The notes beneath the pieces are model-generated. The model saw only the letters and a list, made by a program, of their open reading frames with translations, was not told the origin of the DNA and ran no database searches. The position numbers were made by a program, and so were the translations under genes. This document shows, piece after piece, positions 9,131 to 18,077 of a DNA stretch of 64,000 nucleotides. Source of the stretch: Clostridia bacterium (GTDB lineage Bacteria > Bacillota > Clostridia > RGIG6154). Positions within the stretch are counted from its first letter, which is position 1. Each line of letters starts with the position of its first letter. The stretch spans positions 96,001-160,000 of the forward strand of contig JAZNOU010000012.1 in assembly GCA_045589295.1 (NCBI GenBank). Direction: 5' to 3'.

Positions 9131-10741
9131 ATGAATATTATGAAAAAGGCAATTGCTTTATTGCTTGGAGCTATTATGATGCTTTCGTCCGTTTCATGCT
9201 TTGCGGTGGAAGCGACACATAATGAATTACATAAAAATGTTTATGTAGAAGGGAAAGTTAAAGAGTATATTGAAGACAAAGAACTTGTGTTTACATTAAC
9301 GGTTGGCGATGAGATTGTGTATGTTAATGAAGGTGTTGTTAACAAAGATGGCACTTATAAAATTAAGTTTTACCACACAGGAAGCCTTGACGATGCAAAA
9401 ATTAATGTAAAATATGCAGATGAAGATGTTACTACATCAGTAGTTAATGTTAGTGCAACAAGTCAGATTATAGAGGCTGATGTTTATGTTACTGACAAAA
9501 ATGATAAAAGTTATGACGCAGAAATTGACAAAACCATTCCTAAAAAGACATATGCCGAAAAAACTGTTAACGGCGTTACTTTGCCCTATCGTGAATATAC
9601 AAGCGTGTACGCTCCTGAAACTCGTGATGGCTTGAAGGCGGTTGTAAATCTTAAAAATAAATTTGCTTTTGAAGATAAAGTTACAGTTATGGTAGCGGCT
9701 TACGATATAAATAACAAGCTTTTGGGTTGTAAAATTGAAAAATTTGATGTTATGTATGGTTATAACGGCGAAAAACAGGTAGTTGAAACTGCAGATGTTG
9801 TTGTTCCTGAAGGAACTGTAACAGCTAAAGCATTTTGCTGGAGTTCAACATCTGACCTTTTTGCTTATGGAAAAGAAGCGGACGGAACGCTTCCAAAGGT
9901 AGATATCTTCTGTATAGGAGACTCTTTCTGTCAGGATTATTTAGACAGAACATGGTATCCCGAATCTGGTTGGGGAACACATCTTATAGATTATTTTAAT
10001 GAAGAATATGTTACAGTAAAAAATTATGGTAAATCAGGTGGATGGGCACAGTCAATTATGAGTAACACCAATGACCCTATTTATCAGAATAATATTGCAG
10101 AGGGCAAAGAGCCTACAGACGGAATGTATGGTTGGGGTTACTGGAATAAGATGCTTAATGATAATGATTTTAGTGAGGGTGATTATATTATCGTATCTCT
10201 CGGTCTTAATGATACATATCTAAAAGGACCAAATGGCATGCCTGCTGTTGATTGGTATGGTATGGGCATTGAAGAAATGGTTAAAAGTGCGCAAAAAAAT
10301 AAGGCTAACATTATCCTCTGCTCACCAATGCTCCGTGCAAGTGTTGAGGCACCTACAGAGACAAGAGCACTTATCACAAGAACCGAAGAGATTGCTAATA
10401 AGTATGGTGTTACTTACCTTAACGTAAATGATGCGTTGGAAGCACAGTACGCAGAAGAATTTGGTTATGTTAAAGGTGAAACAACTGAAGCAGAAAAAGA
10501 AAAAATAGTAAGAGAAATTTATTCAAAATATTATCTTGACAGAGATGCTTTAAAAGATAAGAACCATGAATTCCATCTTACGGATGAAGAACGTGCAAAT
10601 CATATGCAGAGCACTATGAAAGATGAACATACAGACGGACTTAATTCTCATCCTAATTTAAGGGGTGCAGATAATATGGCAAGATGGATTGCAGTGCTTT
10701 TGAAAGATACTGATTCAGATTTGCGTTTCTACGTAAAATAA
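9131..10741 (+). CDS. Secreted modular SGNH/GDSL esterase (rhamnogalacturonan acetylesterase-like)
   Basis: Signal peptide; IGDS (block I), GWG, NYGKSG (II), SLGLND (III), SHPN (V); N-terminal beta-rich modules. Confidence 0.75.
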   Translation: MNIMKKAIALLLGAIMMLSSVSCFAVEATHNELHKNVYVEGKVKEYIEDKELVFTLTVGDEIVYVNEGVVNKDGTYKIKFYHTGSLDDAKINVKYADEDVTTSVVNVSATSQIIEADVYVTDKNDKSYDAEIDKTIPKKTYAEKTVNGVTLPYREYTSVYAPETRDGLKAVVNLKNKFAFEDKVTVMVAAYDINNKLLGCKIEKFDVMYGYNGEKQVVETADVVVPEGTVTAKAFCWSSTSDLFAYGKEADGTLPKVDIFCIGDSFCQDYLDRTWYPESGWGTHLIDYFNEEYVTVKNYGKSGGWAQSIMSNTNDPIYQNNIAEGKEPTDGMYGWGYWNKMLNDNDFSEGDYIIVSLGLNDTYLKGPNGMPAVDWYGMGIEEMVKSAQKNKANIILCSPMLRASVEAPTETRALITRTEEIANKYGVTYLNVNDALEAQYAEEFGYVKGETTEAEKEKIVREIYSKYYLDRDALKDKNHEFHLTDEERANHMQSTMKDEHTDGLNSHPNLRGADNMARWIAVLLKDTDSDLRFYVK

Positions 10742-10780
10742 CAAAAACAAACCGCGCTTTAAAGCGCGGTTTGTTTTTGT
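10741..10780 (+). terminator. Rho-independent terminator
   Basis: ACAAAAACAAACCGCGCTTT/AAAGCGCGGTTTGTTTTTGT perfect inverted repeat. Confidence 0.85.
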
Positions 10781-10847
10781 TATTACAATATTGATTTTTT
10801 GAGTTTTTTATGGTATTATTTAATGTAGAATAAAAAGGGGTGATAAA

Positions 10848-11477
10848 ATGTCGATACAACAAAATCTGGAGAACATTAAGGCTCAAATCGGCACGGCACA
10901 GCTTATATGTGTGAGCAAATATCACACCGAGGAAGAAATTATGCAGGCGTACAATCTGGGGCAAAGAGATTTTGGCGAGAACAAAGTGCAAGACCTTGTT
11001 AAAAAGCGGGAAAATCTTCCAAAAGACATAAGATGGCACTTAATCGGGCATTTACAGACCAATAAGGTTAAATATATAATAGGAAAAACTCATCTTATTC
11101 AGTCGGTTGACCGATTTGAACTGGCGGAACTTATTAATAAAAAGTCTTTTGATGCAGATGTTGTTACAGATGTGCTTGTTCAGGTTAACTCAACGGGCAT
11201 TGAGTCAAGGTTTGGCGTAGATCCCGAAAAAACAGTTGAGTTTATAAAACAGATTTCTGAGTTTAAAAACATAAATATAAAAGGCATTATGGGAATGGCA
11301 CCCATTTGCGACAACCCAAAGGATTATTTTGACAAGCTGAAAAAATTATTTGATGAGTGCAAGGCACTTGGAATTTTAAATGGCGATATTCTTTCCATGG
11401 GTATGAGTGGTGACTACAAAAGTGCAGTACAGGCGGGCAGCACAATGGTGAGAATAGGCAGTAAAATTTTTGCATGA
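10848..11477 (+). CDS. yggS: YggS-family PLP homeostasis protein
   Basis: CVSKY, FGENKVQ, WHLIGHLQTNKVK, LSMGMSGD and MVRIGSKIF motifs. Confidence 0.95.
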   Translation: MSIQQNLENIKAQIGTAQLICVSKYHTEEEIMQAYNLGQRDFGENKVQDLVKKRENLPKDIRWHLIGHLQTNKVKYIIGKTHLIQSVDRFELAELINKKSFDADVVTDVLVQVNSTGIESRFGVDPEKTVEFIKQISEFKNINIKGIMGMAPICDNPKDYFDKLKKLFDECKALGILNGDILSMGMSGDYKSAVQAGSTMVRIGSKIFA

Positions 11478-11490
11478 GGGGGCAATAAAA

Positions 11491-12696
11491 ATGAAATATG
11501 TTGTATTTTTAGGAGACGGAATGGCGGATTTCCCTGTAAAAGAATTGGGGAATAAGACGCCTTTAGAGGTGGCAAATAAGCCGAATATTGATTTTCTTGC
11601 ATCAAAGGGAATTTCGGGAATGATTAAAACAGTTCCTGACGGAATGAAACCCGGCAGTGATGTTGCAAATTTAGGAGCGATGGGTTTTGACCCTAAAAAA
11701 TATTACACGGGACGTTCGCCGCTTGAGGCAGTGAGTGTTGGTATAAAACTTTTAGATGATGACATTACTTTCAGGGCAAATCTTGTAACGCTTTCAGATG
11801 AAGAAAATTACGAAGATAAAACAATGATTGATTACAGCTCGGATGAAATTACAACACAAGAGGCGACAATTCTAATAAATGACCTTGCAAAAGAGCTTAA
11901 CACAGATGTTTATAAGTTTTATCCAGGTTTTTCATATCGCCACGTGCTTGTGTGGAATGGCGGACACACCGATTTTGAATTAACACCGCCTCACGATATT
12001 ACGGGCAAAAAAGTAACAGATTATCTTCCTAAGGGTAAAAACAGCGAAGCACTTTTAAATTTTATGAAAAAAAGCTGTGAGATTTTAAAAGAGCATCCGA
12101 TAAACAAAAAGCGAATTGAAAAAGGCTTAAGACCTGCATCAAGTCTGTGGGTATGGGGAGAGGGCAAAAAAGCGGTTCTTCCGGAATTTGAGAAAATGAG
12201 AGGATTAAAAGGTGCGGTAGTTTCTGCGGTTGACCTTATTAAAGGTATCGGAATGAGTGCAAAAATGACTTGCGCCGAGGTTGAGGGTGCGACAGGTAAT
12301 ATTCATACCAATTTTGATGGCAAGGCAAAAGCTGCAATTGACCTTTTAAAAGACCACGACTTTGTTTATATTCACGTTGAAGCACCCGATGAGTGCGGAC
12401 ACAGAGCGGAAATCGAAAACAAAGTTAAATCTATTGAAATTATAGATAAGAAAATCGTAGGACCTGTTTTGGAATATCTTAATCAGACAGGAGAAAATTA
12501 CAAGGCGTTGGTTATGCCTGACCATCCTACACCGCTTGAGTTAATGACGCACGTTTCAGACCCAGTTCCTTTCGTTGTTTATGAAAAAAATAACGAAAAA
12601 GAGAATGAAATTAAAGTGTATACCGAAGAAAGTTGCAAAAAAAGTAAAATTTTCTATCAAGACGGATATAAACTTATGGATGATTTTATTGGTTAA
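11491..12696 (+). CDS. apgM: Cofactor-independent phosphoglycerate mutase, ApgM type
   Basis: GDGMAD, KTPLE, PGSDVAN, YTGRSPLEA, HVEAPDECGH and PDHPTP motifs; start MKYVV after GAGGGG. Confidence 0.9.
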   Translation: MKYVVFLGDGMADFPVKELGNKTPLEVANKPNIDFLASKGISGMIKTVPDGMKPGSDVANLGAMGFDPKKYYTGRSPLEAVSVGIKLLDDDITFRANLVTLSDEENYEDKTMIDYSSDEITTQEATILINDLAKELNTDVYKFYPGFSYRHVLVWNGGHTDFELTPPHDITGKKVTDYLPKGKNSEALLNFMKKSCEILKEHPINKKRIEKGLRPASSLWVWGEGKKAVLPEFEKMRGLKGAVVSAVDLIKGIGMSAKMTCAEVEGATGNIHTNFDGKAKAAIDLLKDHDFVYIHVEAPDECGHRAEIENKVKSIEIIDKKIVGPVLEYLNQTGENYKALVMPDHPTPLELMTHVSDPVPFVVYEKNNEKENEIKVYTEESCKKSKIFYQDGYKLMDDFIG

Positions 12697-12708
12697 TTAA
12701 ATATATGT

Positions 12709-12750
12709 AAAAGTCAGGACGTATGCCCTGACTTTTTATGATTTTAAAAC
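12709..12750. terminator. Bidirectional terminator / dispersed repeat copy B
   Basis: AAAAGTCAGG-acgtatgc-CCTGACTTTT followed by TATGATTTTA, as in the 16874-16913 copy. Confidence 0.75.
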
Positions 12751-12846
12751 TTATCTGTTTTCGTTGTTTTTCTGGTTGTTGTTTTTTTGCTGATTGTTGT
12801 TCTGGTTGTTTTGTTTGTTGTTTTTGATTTCTTTGTTCTTTTCCAT
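12751..12846 (-). CDS. 31-aa Asn/Gln/Lys-rich microprotein (not in the ORF track)
   Basis: MEKNKEIKNNKQNNQNNNQQKNNNQKNNENR*; AGAAGG RBS; 13 of 14 Asn codons are AAC; terminator directly downstream. Confidence 0.65.
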   Translation of the reverse strand: MEKNKEIKNNKQNNQNNNQQKNNNQKNNENR

Positions 12847-12977
12847 TTTTAAAGCCTTCTTTCTTTAAAAAATTTGATATATATAAAGGTTACGTAACCA
12901 ATACTATTGTTAGCTTAATTTATAAAAAATATTATAATTTTTGATTAGCAAATATTTCAAAAATTTGGTTAAAATTG

Positions 12978-13006
12978 TTGATTTTTAAAATGTTTGGTGA
13001 TATAAT
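12978..13006 (+). promoter_or_regulatory. SigA-type promoter of the oad operon
   Basis: TTGATT-17bp-TGaTATAAT; inverted repeat AAAGTGTTTT...AAAAGCACTTT at 13027-13052 in the 5'UTR. Confidence 0.6.
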
Positions 13007-13090
13007 ATACGTTGGGTTAAGTTGTGAAAGTGTTTTTTGATAAAAGCACTTTAAGATACATAATACTATTTTCAAAAAGGAGGCTTTAAA

Positions 13091-13366
13091 ATGACCGGAA
13101 TACCAAACTGGTTCGTAGTTGTAATGGGTATAGGCACAGTTTTCGTTGGTCTTATCTGCATTATTTTACTTTGCAATCTGCTTGGCGCAGTATGTAAAGG
13201 TCTTGTAAAAGAAAGTCCTGTAAAAGAAGCAGAAGCACCTGTAAAAAGCAGTTTACCAATGCCTGCTAACAAACAGGAAATTTTAGCCGGAGTTTGCGCA
13301 GTTATTGCAGAAGAACTCGGCACAGATGTAGAAGCACTTAAAGTAGTATCATTTAAAAGAGTATAA
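13091..13366 (+). CDS. oadG: Na+-translocating decarboxylase gamma/delta subunit (OadG family)
   Basis: MGIGTVFVGL single TM, Pro/Ala linker, AVIAEE; operon context. Confidence 0.8.
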   Translation: MTGIPNWFVVVMGIGTVFVGLICIILLCNLLGAVCKGLVKESPVKEAEAPVKSSLPMPANKQEILAGVCAVIAEELGTDVEALKVVSFKRV

Positions 13367-13384
13367 TTTTGGAGGTAATTTAAA

Positions 13385-13750
13385 ATGAAAAAGTATAAGG
13401 TTAATGTTAATGGAACAGATTATGAAATCGCAGTAGAATTAATTGGCGAAGCAGAAGCTAAAGCAGCACCTGCTCCTCAGGCTCCTGCAGCTGAAGCTCC
13501 AAAGGCAGCAGCTCCTGCGCCTCAAGCTAACGGTGAAGGTGAAAAAGTTGAAGCTCCAATGCCTGGTAATATCATTGATATCAAAGTTGCAGTTGGTGAC
13601 AGCGTTAAAGCAGGTCAGGTATTAGTAATTTTAGAAGCTATGAAAATGGAAAATGAAATTATGGCAGGTGTAGACGGTACAGTTACTTCAATCGGAGTTA
13701 CAAAAGGTTCAACAGTTGAAGCTGGCACTGTGCTTTTAACAATTAAATAA
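13385..13750 (+). CDS. Biotin carboxyl carrier protein of the Na+-pumping decarboxylase
   Basis: EAMKMENEI biotinylation motif; Ala/Pro linker. Confidence 0.95.
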   Translation: MKKYKVNVNGTDYEIAVELIGEAEAKAAPAPQAPAAEAPKAAAPAPQANGEGEKVEAPMPGNIIDIKVAVGDSVKAGQVLVILEAMKMENEIMAGVDGTVTSIGVTKGSTVEAGTVLLTIK

Positions 13751-13768
13751 TAAACGGAGCGAATTATC

Positions 13769-15367
13769 ATGAAAAAATTATTTGCAGCACTTTTAGCATG
13801 CCTCATTGTTTTCTCAAGCTTTTTGGTATGCTTTGCAGATGGTGAGATTATTTCTGTTAAAAATGCCAAATACGAAGAAGGCATTTTAACATTTGCTATC
13901 GCAAACACCACAAAAACAAATATTTCTGATTCTATGATTGCTTTTGTATATGATGAAAACGAAGTAGAAATCATAGATTATATGGGCGGCTTTATGACCG
14001 GCGAAATTAAAGGCGGCATGGAAAAAGACGTAAAAGTTGCAGTTAACATCAAAGATTTTGATGAAAAAAATCCGCCGAAAATCGGTCTTGAATTTCAGTA
14101 CATAGAAGAAATGGGAGCGGTTGATACAACGGCTCAGCAGGGAATAAAAGCGCAGTCAATTGATAACATCTTCCCTGAAAGCACAACTCCTATGCAGGCA
14201 GTTAAAAACTTTTTAGGACAGACAGGCTTTAAAGCACTTGCTGACAATTACAAGCTTATCATTATGCTTTTAATTTCATTTGTGCTTATGTACCTGGCTA
14301 TTGTTAAACAGTTTGAACCGCTTTTGCTTTTGCCAATTGCATTTGGTATGATGCTTACAAATCTTCCTGGTGCTGGTATGTTTCACGAAGAATTGTTTGC
14401 AGATGGCCATGTTCACTGGGAGCTTTTCTCAGCATCAAACACTATTACTGTAGGACTTATTGATATTTTATACCTTGGCGTAAAGCTTGGAATTTATCCT
14501 TGCCTTATCTTCTTGGGCGTTGGTGCAATGACAGACTTCGAGCCTTTAATTGCTAATCCTAAGAGTCTTTTGTTGGGTGCAGCGGCTCAGCTTGGTATCT
14601 TTATAACATTTATTGCAGCAAGTTACTTAGGCTTTAATGCAGCAGAAGGCGGTTCAATCGGTATTATCGGCGGTGCAGACGGCCCTACAGCAACCTTTGT
14701 TACATCAAAGCTTGCACCACATCTTTTAGGACCTATCGCGGTTGCAGCTTATTCATATATGGCGCTTGTTCCTGTAATTCAGCCGCCTATTATGAAAGCT
14801 CTTACAACAAAAGCAGAAAGACAGATTGTTATGAAACCGCTTAGAAAGGTTTCAAAAACAGAAAAAATCTTGTTCCCAATTGCAGTTACAGTTTTTGTAA
14901 CACTTTTAGTACCATCTGCAGGTCCGTTAGTTGGATGCTTGATGCTTGGTAACCTTGCAAGAGAATGCGGCGTTGTTGACAGAATTTCAAAAACTGCTCA
15001 GAACGAACTTATGAACATTGTAACAATTTTCCTTGGAATTTCTGTTGGTGCAACAGCTACAGCTAACACATTCCTTTCATTTGCTACAATTAAAATCATT
15101 ATTATGGGCGTAGTGGCATTTGGTGTTGGTACAGCAGGCGGTGTGTTACTTGCTAAATTTATGAACTTGTTCTTAAAGAACAAAATCAATCCTTTAATCG
15201 GTTCTGCAGGCGTGTCTGCTGTTCCGATGGCGGCACGTGTTTCACAGACAGTAGGTCAGAAGGAAAACCCGAAAAACTTCCTTCTTATGCATGCTATGGG
15301 ACCAAACGTTGCAGGCGTTATCGGTTCTGCAATCGCAGCAGGTGTGTTAATCGCATTATTCGGTTAA
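13769..15367 (+). CDS. oadB: Na+-translocating decarboxylase beta subunit with an N-terminal secreted extension
   Basis: [34 protein letters not shown] and [13 protein letters not shown] motifs; ~140 extra N-terminal residues with a signal peptide. Confidence 0.92.
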   Translation: MKKLFAALLACLIVFSSFLVCFADGEIISVKNAKYEEGILTFAIANTTKTNISDSMIAFVYDENEVEIIDYMGGFMTGEIKGGMEKDVKVAVNIKDFDEKNPPKIGLEFQYIEEMGAVDTTAQQGIKAQSIDNIFPESTTPMQAVKNFLGQTGFKALADNYKLIIMLLISFVLMYLAIVKQFEPLLLLPIAFGMMLTNLPGAGMFHEELFADGHVHWELFSASNTITVGLIDILYLGVKLGIYPCLIFLGVGAMTDFEPLIANPKSLLLGAAAQLGIFITFIAASYLGFNAAEGGSIGIIGGADGPTATFVTSKLAPHLLGPIAVAAYSYMALVPVIQPPIMKALTTKAERQIVMKPLRKVSKTEKILFPIAVTVFVTLLVPSAGPLVGCLMLGNLARECGVVDRISKTAQNELMNIVTIFLGISVGATATANTFLSFATIKIIIMGVVAFGVGTAGGVLLAKFMNLFLKNKINPLIGSAGVSAVPMAARVSQTVGQKENPKNFLLMHAMGPNVAGVIGSAIAAGVLIALFG

Positions 15368-15382
15368 GAAAGGATGATTTAA

Positions 15383-16765
15383 ATGTCAAAATTATATATT
15401 ACAGATACAATATTGCGTGATGCTCATCAATCACAGGCTGCTACAAGAATGAAGCTTGAAGATATGCTTCCTGCTTGTAAAATCTTAGATGACATTGGTT
15501 ACTGGTCATTAGAGTGCTGGGGTGGTGCGACATTTGACGCATGTATGAGATTTTTGAATGAAGATCCATGGGAAAGACTTCGCGAGCTTAAAAAGGCTAT
15601 GCCAAAAACAAAGCTTCAGATGTTGTTCCGCGGTCAGAATATCTTAGGTTACAAGCACTACGCAGATGATGTTGTTGAAGCGTTCTGCAAAAAGTCAATT
15701 GAAAATGGTATTGATGTTGTCAGAGTTTTTGACGCACTCAACGACCCAAGAAATATGGAAGCTGCGATTAAATATGTTAAAGAATATGGCGGAATTTGTG
15801 AAACTGCAATCAGCTACACAACAAGCCCTGTTCACAACGAAGAATACTTTGTAAAACTTGCTATGCAGCTCGAAAAAATGGGTGCAGACGTTATCTGTAT
15901 AAAGGATATGGCAAACCTTTTATTGCCATACGATGCATACAGCCTTGTTAAAAAACTTAAAGACAACGTTTCGGTTCCAATTCATCTTCACACCCACAAT
16001 ACTGCGGGAACAGGTGATATGACCAACCTTATGGCGGCTCAGGCTGGCGTTGATATTGTTGACTGTGCACTTTCACCAATGGCAAACGGTACTGCACAGC
16101 CGTCAACTGAAGCTATGGTTGCAACAATGCAGGGTACAGACAGAGATACAGGTCTTGATCTTAAGAAATTAAGCGAAGCAGCTGCTCACTTCAGAGGTAT
16201 TGCAGAAAAGATGAAAAAAGAAGGAACACTTGACCCTAAAGTGTTAAATGTTGATCCGAACGCGCTTTTATATCAGGTTCCGGGCGGAATGCTTTCAAAT
16301 CTTATTTCACAATTAAAGCAGCAGAATGCTGAAGATAAATATTATGAGGTTTTAGCTGAAATCCCAAGAGTAAGAGAAGACTTCGGTTATCCGCCGCTTG
16401 TTACACCAACTAGCCAGATTGTTGGTACTCAGGCAGTATTAAACGTACTTATGGGCAGATACAAAATGATTTCAAAAGAATCAAAAGGTGTGCTTCGTGG
16501 TGAGTACGGTGCGCTTCCTGGTAAGGTTAACGAAGAGGTAAGAAAGCTTGCTATCGGCGACGAGCAGCCTATTACCTGCCGTCCTGCAGACCTTATTGAA
16601 CCAGAAATTGAAAAATATCGTAAGGAAACTGAAGGCGTTGCAAAATGTGAAGAAGATGTACTTTCTTATGCACTCTTCCCACAGGTTGCTTCAAAATTCT
16701 TTGAAACAAGAGATAAAAAGCCAGAAGACGAAGTTAGAACACTTTACGTTAAGGATTTATCATAA
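15383..16765 (+). CDS. oadA: Oxaloacetate decarboxylase alpha subunit (carboxyltransferase, no biotin domain)
   Basis: LRDAHQS, ECWGGATFD, IKDMA, HLHTH and GYPPLVTPTSQIVG motifs. Confidence 0.93.
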   Translation: MSKLYITDTILRDAHQSQAATRMKLEDMLPACKILDDIGYWSLECWGGATFDACMRFLNEDPWERLRELKKAMPKTKLQMLFRGQNILGYKHYADDVVEAFCKKSIENGIDVVRVFDALNDPRNMEAAIKYVKEYGGICETAISYTTSPVHNEEYFVKLAMQLEKMGADVICIKDMANLLLPYDAYSLVKKLKDNVSVPIHLHTHNTAGTGDMTNLMAAQAGVDIVDCALSPMANGTAQPSTEAMVATMQGTDRDTGLDLKKLSEAAAHFRGIAEKMKKEGTLDPKVLNVDPNALLYQVPGGMLSNLISQLKQQNAEDKYYEVLAEIPRVREDFGYPPLVTPTSQIVGTQAVLNVLMGRYKMISKESKGVLRGEYGALPGKVNEEVRKLAIGDEQPITCRPADLIEPEIEKYRKETEGVAKCEEDVLSYALFPQVASKFFETRDKKPEDEVRTLYVKDLS

Positions 16766-16918
16766 GGAACGCTCTGCATTCCTCAAAGTGAAATTATCAT
16801 TTCACTTTGGTTACAAATTTGTCCGTTCGCACAAAGTCCCCAATGTATATTGGGGACTTTCAAATTTATAGGAATAAAATTCCAGGCACACGTCCTGGAA
16901 TTTTATGATTTTATACTT
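16766..16918. repeat. Cluster of tandem hairpins / dispersed repeat copy C (includes the likely oad terminator)
   Basis: CAAAGTGAAAT/ATTTCACTTTG, AAAGTCCCCA/TGGGGACTTT and ATAAAATTCCAGG/CCTGGAATTTTAT palindromes in series. Confidence 0.65.
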
Positions 16919-17098
16919 TTTACCTGTTGCAGTTATGTAAACAATGGTTGGTTGAACTTCTTCAACATCTTGTATTTGGGTATAAACCTCATTAGTAATA
17001 GGTTCATATGCAGCAACATTTGTAGAGGGGTTGTCACTGCAACCGATACAGGTTGTGATTATAAATAAGAGCAAAGCTATTATAAATAACTTCCGCAT
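16811..17098 (-). pseudogene. Lipoprotein with truncated Ada-like Zn-binding domain (probable pseudogene)
   Basis: AAGGAG RBS and lipobox CIGC; VYITATGKKY stops just before the expected H..C..CxxC and reads on into the palindromic repeat. Confidence 0.6.
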
Positions 17099-17115
17099 AT
17101 AATTCTCCTTTAATT

Positions 17116-17295
17116 AAAAAAGTGTGTAGCCTTGAAACAAGAGCCACACACTAAAAAACGCAGGGACTCCCATTCAAAGTTTGCTACAACTTATGAATAT
17201 ATCTTAAACCCCAGAGGACAAGAAGTGAGAGTATACGCTTTTTACAAATAGCGTATACCTCTAGAGTTAAATATATTCAAATCCAAGTTGTAGCA
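17116..17295 (-). ncRNA. Structured 5' leader / attenuator: long hairpin plus intrinsic terminator
   Basis: TGCTACAACTT (17182-17192) and AAGTTGTAGCA (17285-17295) close a nested stem; terminator GTGTGTGGC...GCTACACAC plus T run at 17116-17152; promoter TTGTAA-17bp-TGaTATACT at 17329-17301. Confidence 0.65.
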
Positions 17296-17345
17296 CTATT
17301 AGTATATCACAAACTTTTTAAAATTACAACTATAAAAATCATATC

Positions 17346-17379
17346 AAAAATAAATGGGCGAATGTATTTATTCGCCCGT
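17346..17379 (-). terminator. Terminator of the protease-partner operon
   Basis: GGGCGAAT/ATTCGCCC hairpin with A-rich flank on the plus strand. Confidence 0.75.
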
Positions 17380-17402
17380 ATGCTAAATTTTCACAAAATT
17401 AT

Positions 17403-18068
17403 TTATTCACCAAACAAAGCCTTGTTTCTTTCTTCAACTTCTTTTCTCTTTTCAAGTTGCTCTTCCTTATAATTGGGATTTGAAGCTTTAACCTCAAAAA
17501 TCTGTTTTGTTAATTCTGCTACATTTAATGTTCCTTTTTCGTTTGAGTAGGAGGACTGATTTTTCGATGCTTTATCCATAGTATATTTGCCTTGCAGGCA
17601 TCCGACTACAACATAATAGTCTTCGTCTGTTGCAACGTCGCTGTCAGACCTACAAAGAAACAGCAACACATTTTCACCTTTTTTGAATTCTGGACTTTCA
17701 CTGTTTGTATATATGGTGGTTTTATCTTCTCCACCGTCAATTCTTACAGTTACCTGCTTGTTTTTATCCTCTCCGAACAAGACATTATCTACATTGATTA
17801 TAACATCCGTCTGCAAAATATTTCGTATTTCTTTACCTCTTTTAAAATCTGAGTTACTCCACTTGCTGTCTGAAAATTCTTGTACTGTACCTTCTATTAT
17901 TAAATCTGAGTTTAAAATTAAATCAGGTACATCCATGTTTGCAATTATGCCCGACGAGTGTATTAGGATTTTACCTGTGTTTGCTTTGTATATTTTTACT
18001 CCTGTATGTGCTGCGCAAACAACTAAAATTATACATAAAACTGAGATTGTGATCTTTGCTTTTTTCAT
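17403..18068 (-). CDS. Membrane-anchored/secreted hypothetical protein, TIMP/NTR-like OB-fold pattern
   Basis: N-terminal hydrophobic segment; NSDLIIEGTV...VIINVDNVLFG...DGG...FKKGENVLLFL...QGKY; RBS overlaps the upstream protease stop. Confidence 0.7.
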   Translation of the reverse strand: MKKAKITISVLCIILVVCAAHTGVKIYKANTGKILIHSSGIIANMDVPDLILNSDLIIEGTVQEFSDSKWSNSDFKRGKEIRNILQTDVIINVDNVLFGEDKNKQVTVRIDGGEDKTTIYTNSESPEFKKGENVLLFLCRSDSDVATDEDYYVVVGCLQGKYTMDKASKNQSSYSNEKGTLNVAELTKQIFEVKASNPNYKEEQLEKRKEVEERNKALFGE

Positions 18069-18077
18069 ATTTTCCTC

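Noticed and set aside
12751-12846. GTT-rich tract as a non-coding microsatellite or phase-variation tract
   Set aside because: It keeps a perfect codon frame with start, RBS, stop and terminator on the minus strand; reported as a microprotein instead.
16766-16918. Hairpin series as a CRISPR array or integron attC array
   Set aside because: The palindromes differ from each other, there is no repeat-spacer periodicity, and no cas or integrase gene is in the window.
17182-17295. Long hairpin as a retron msr-msd or IS200/IS605 end
   Set aside because: No reverse transcriptase, TnpA or TnpB nearby; its position between promoter and terminator fits a leader RNA better.
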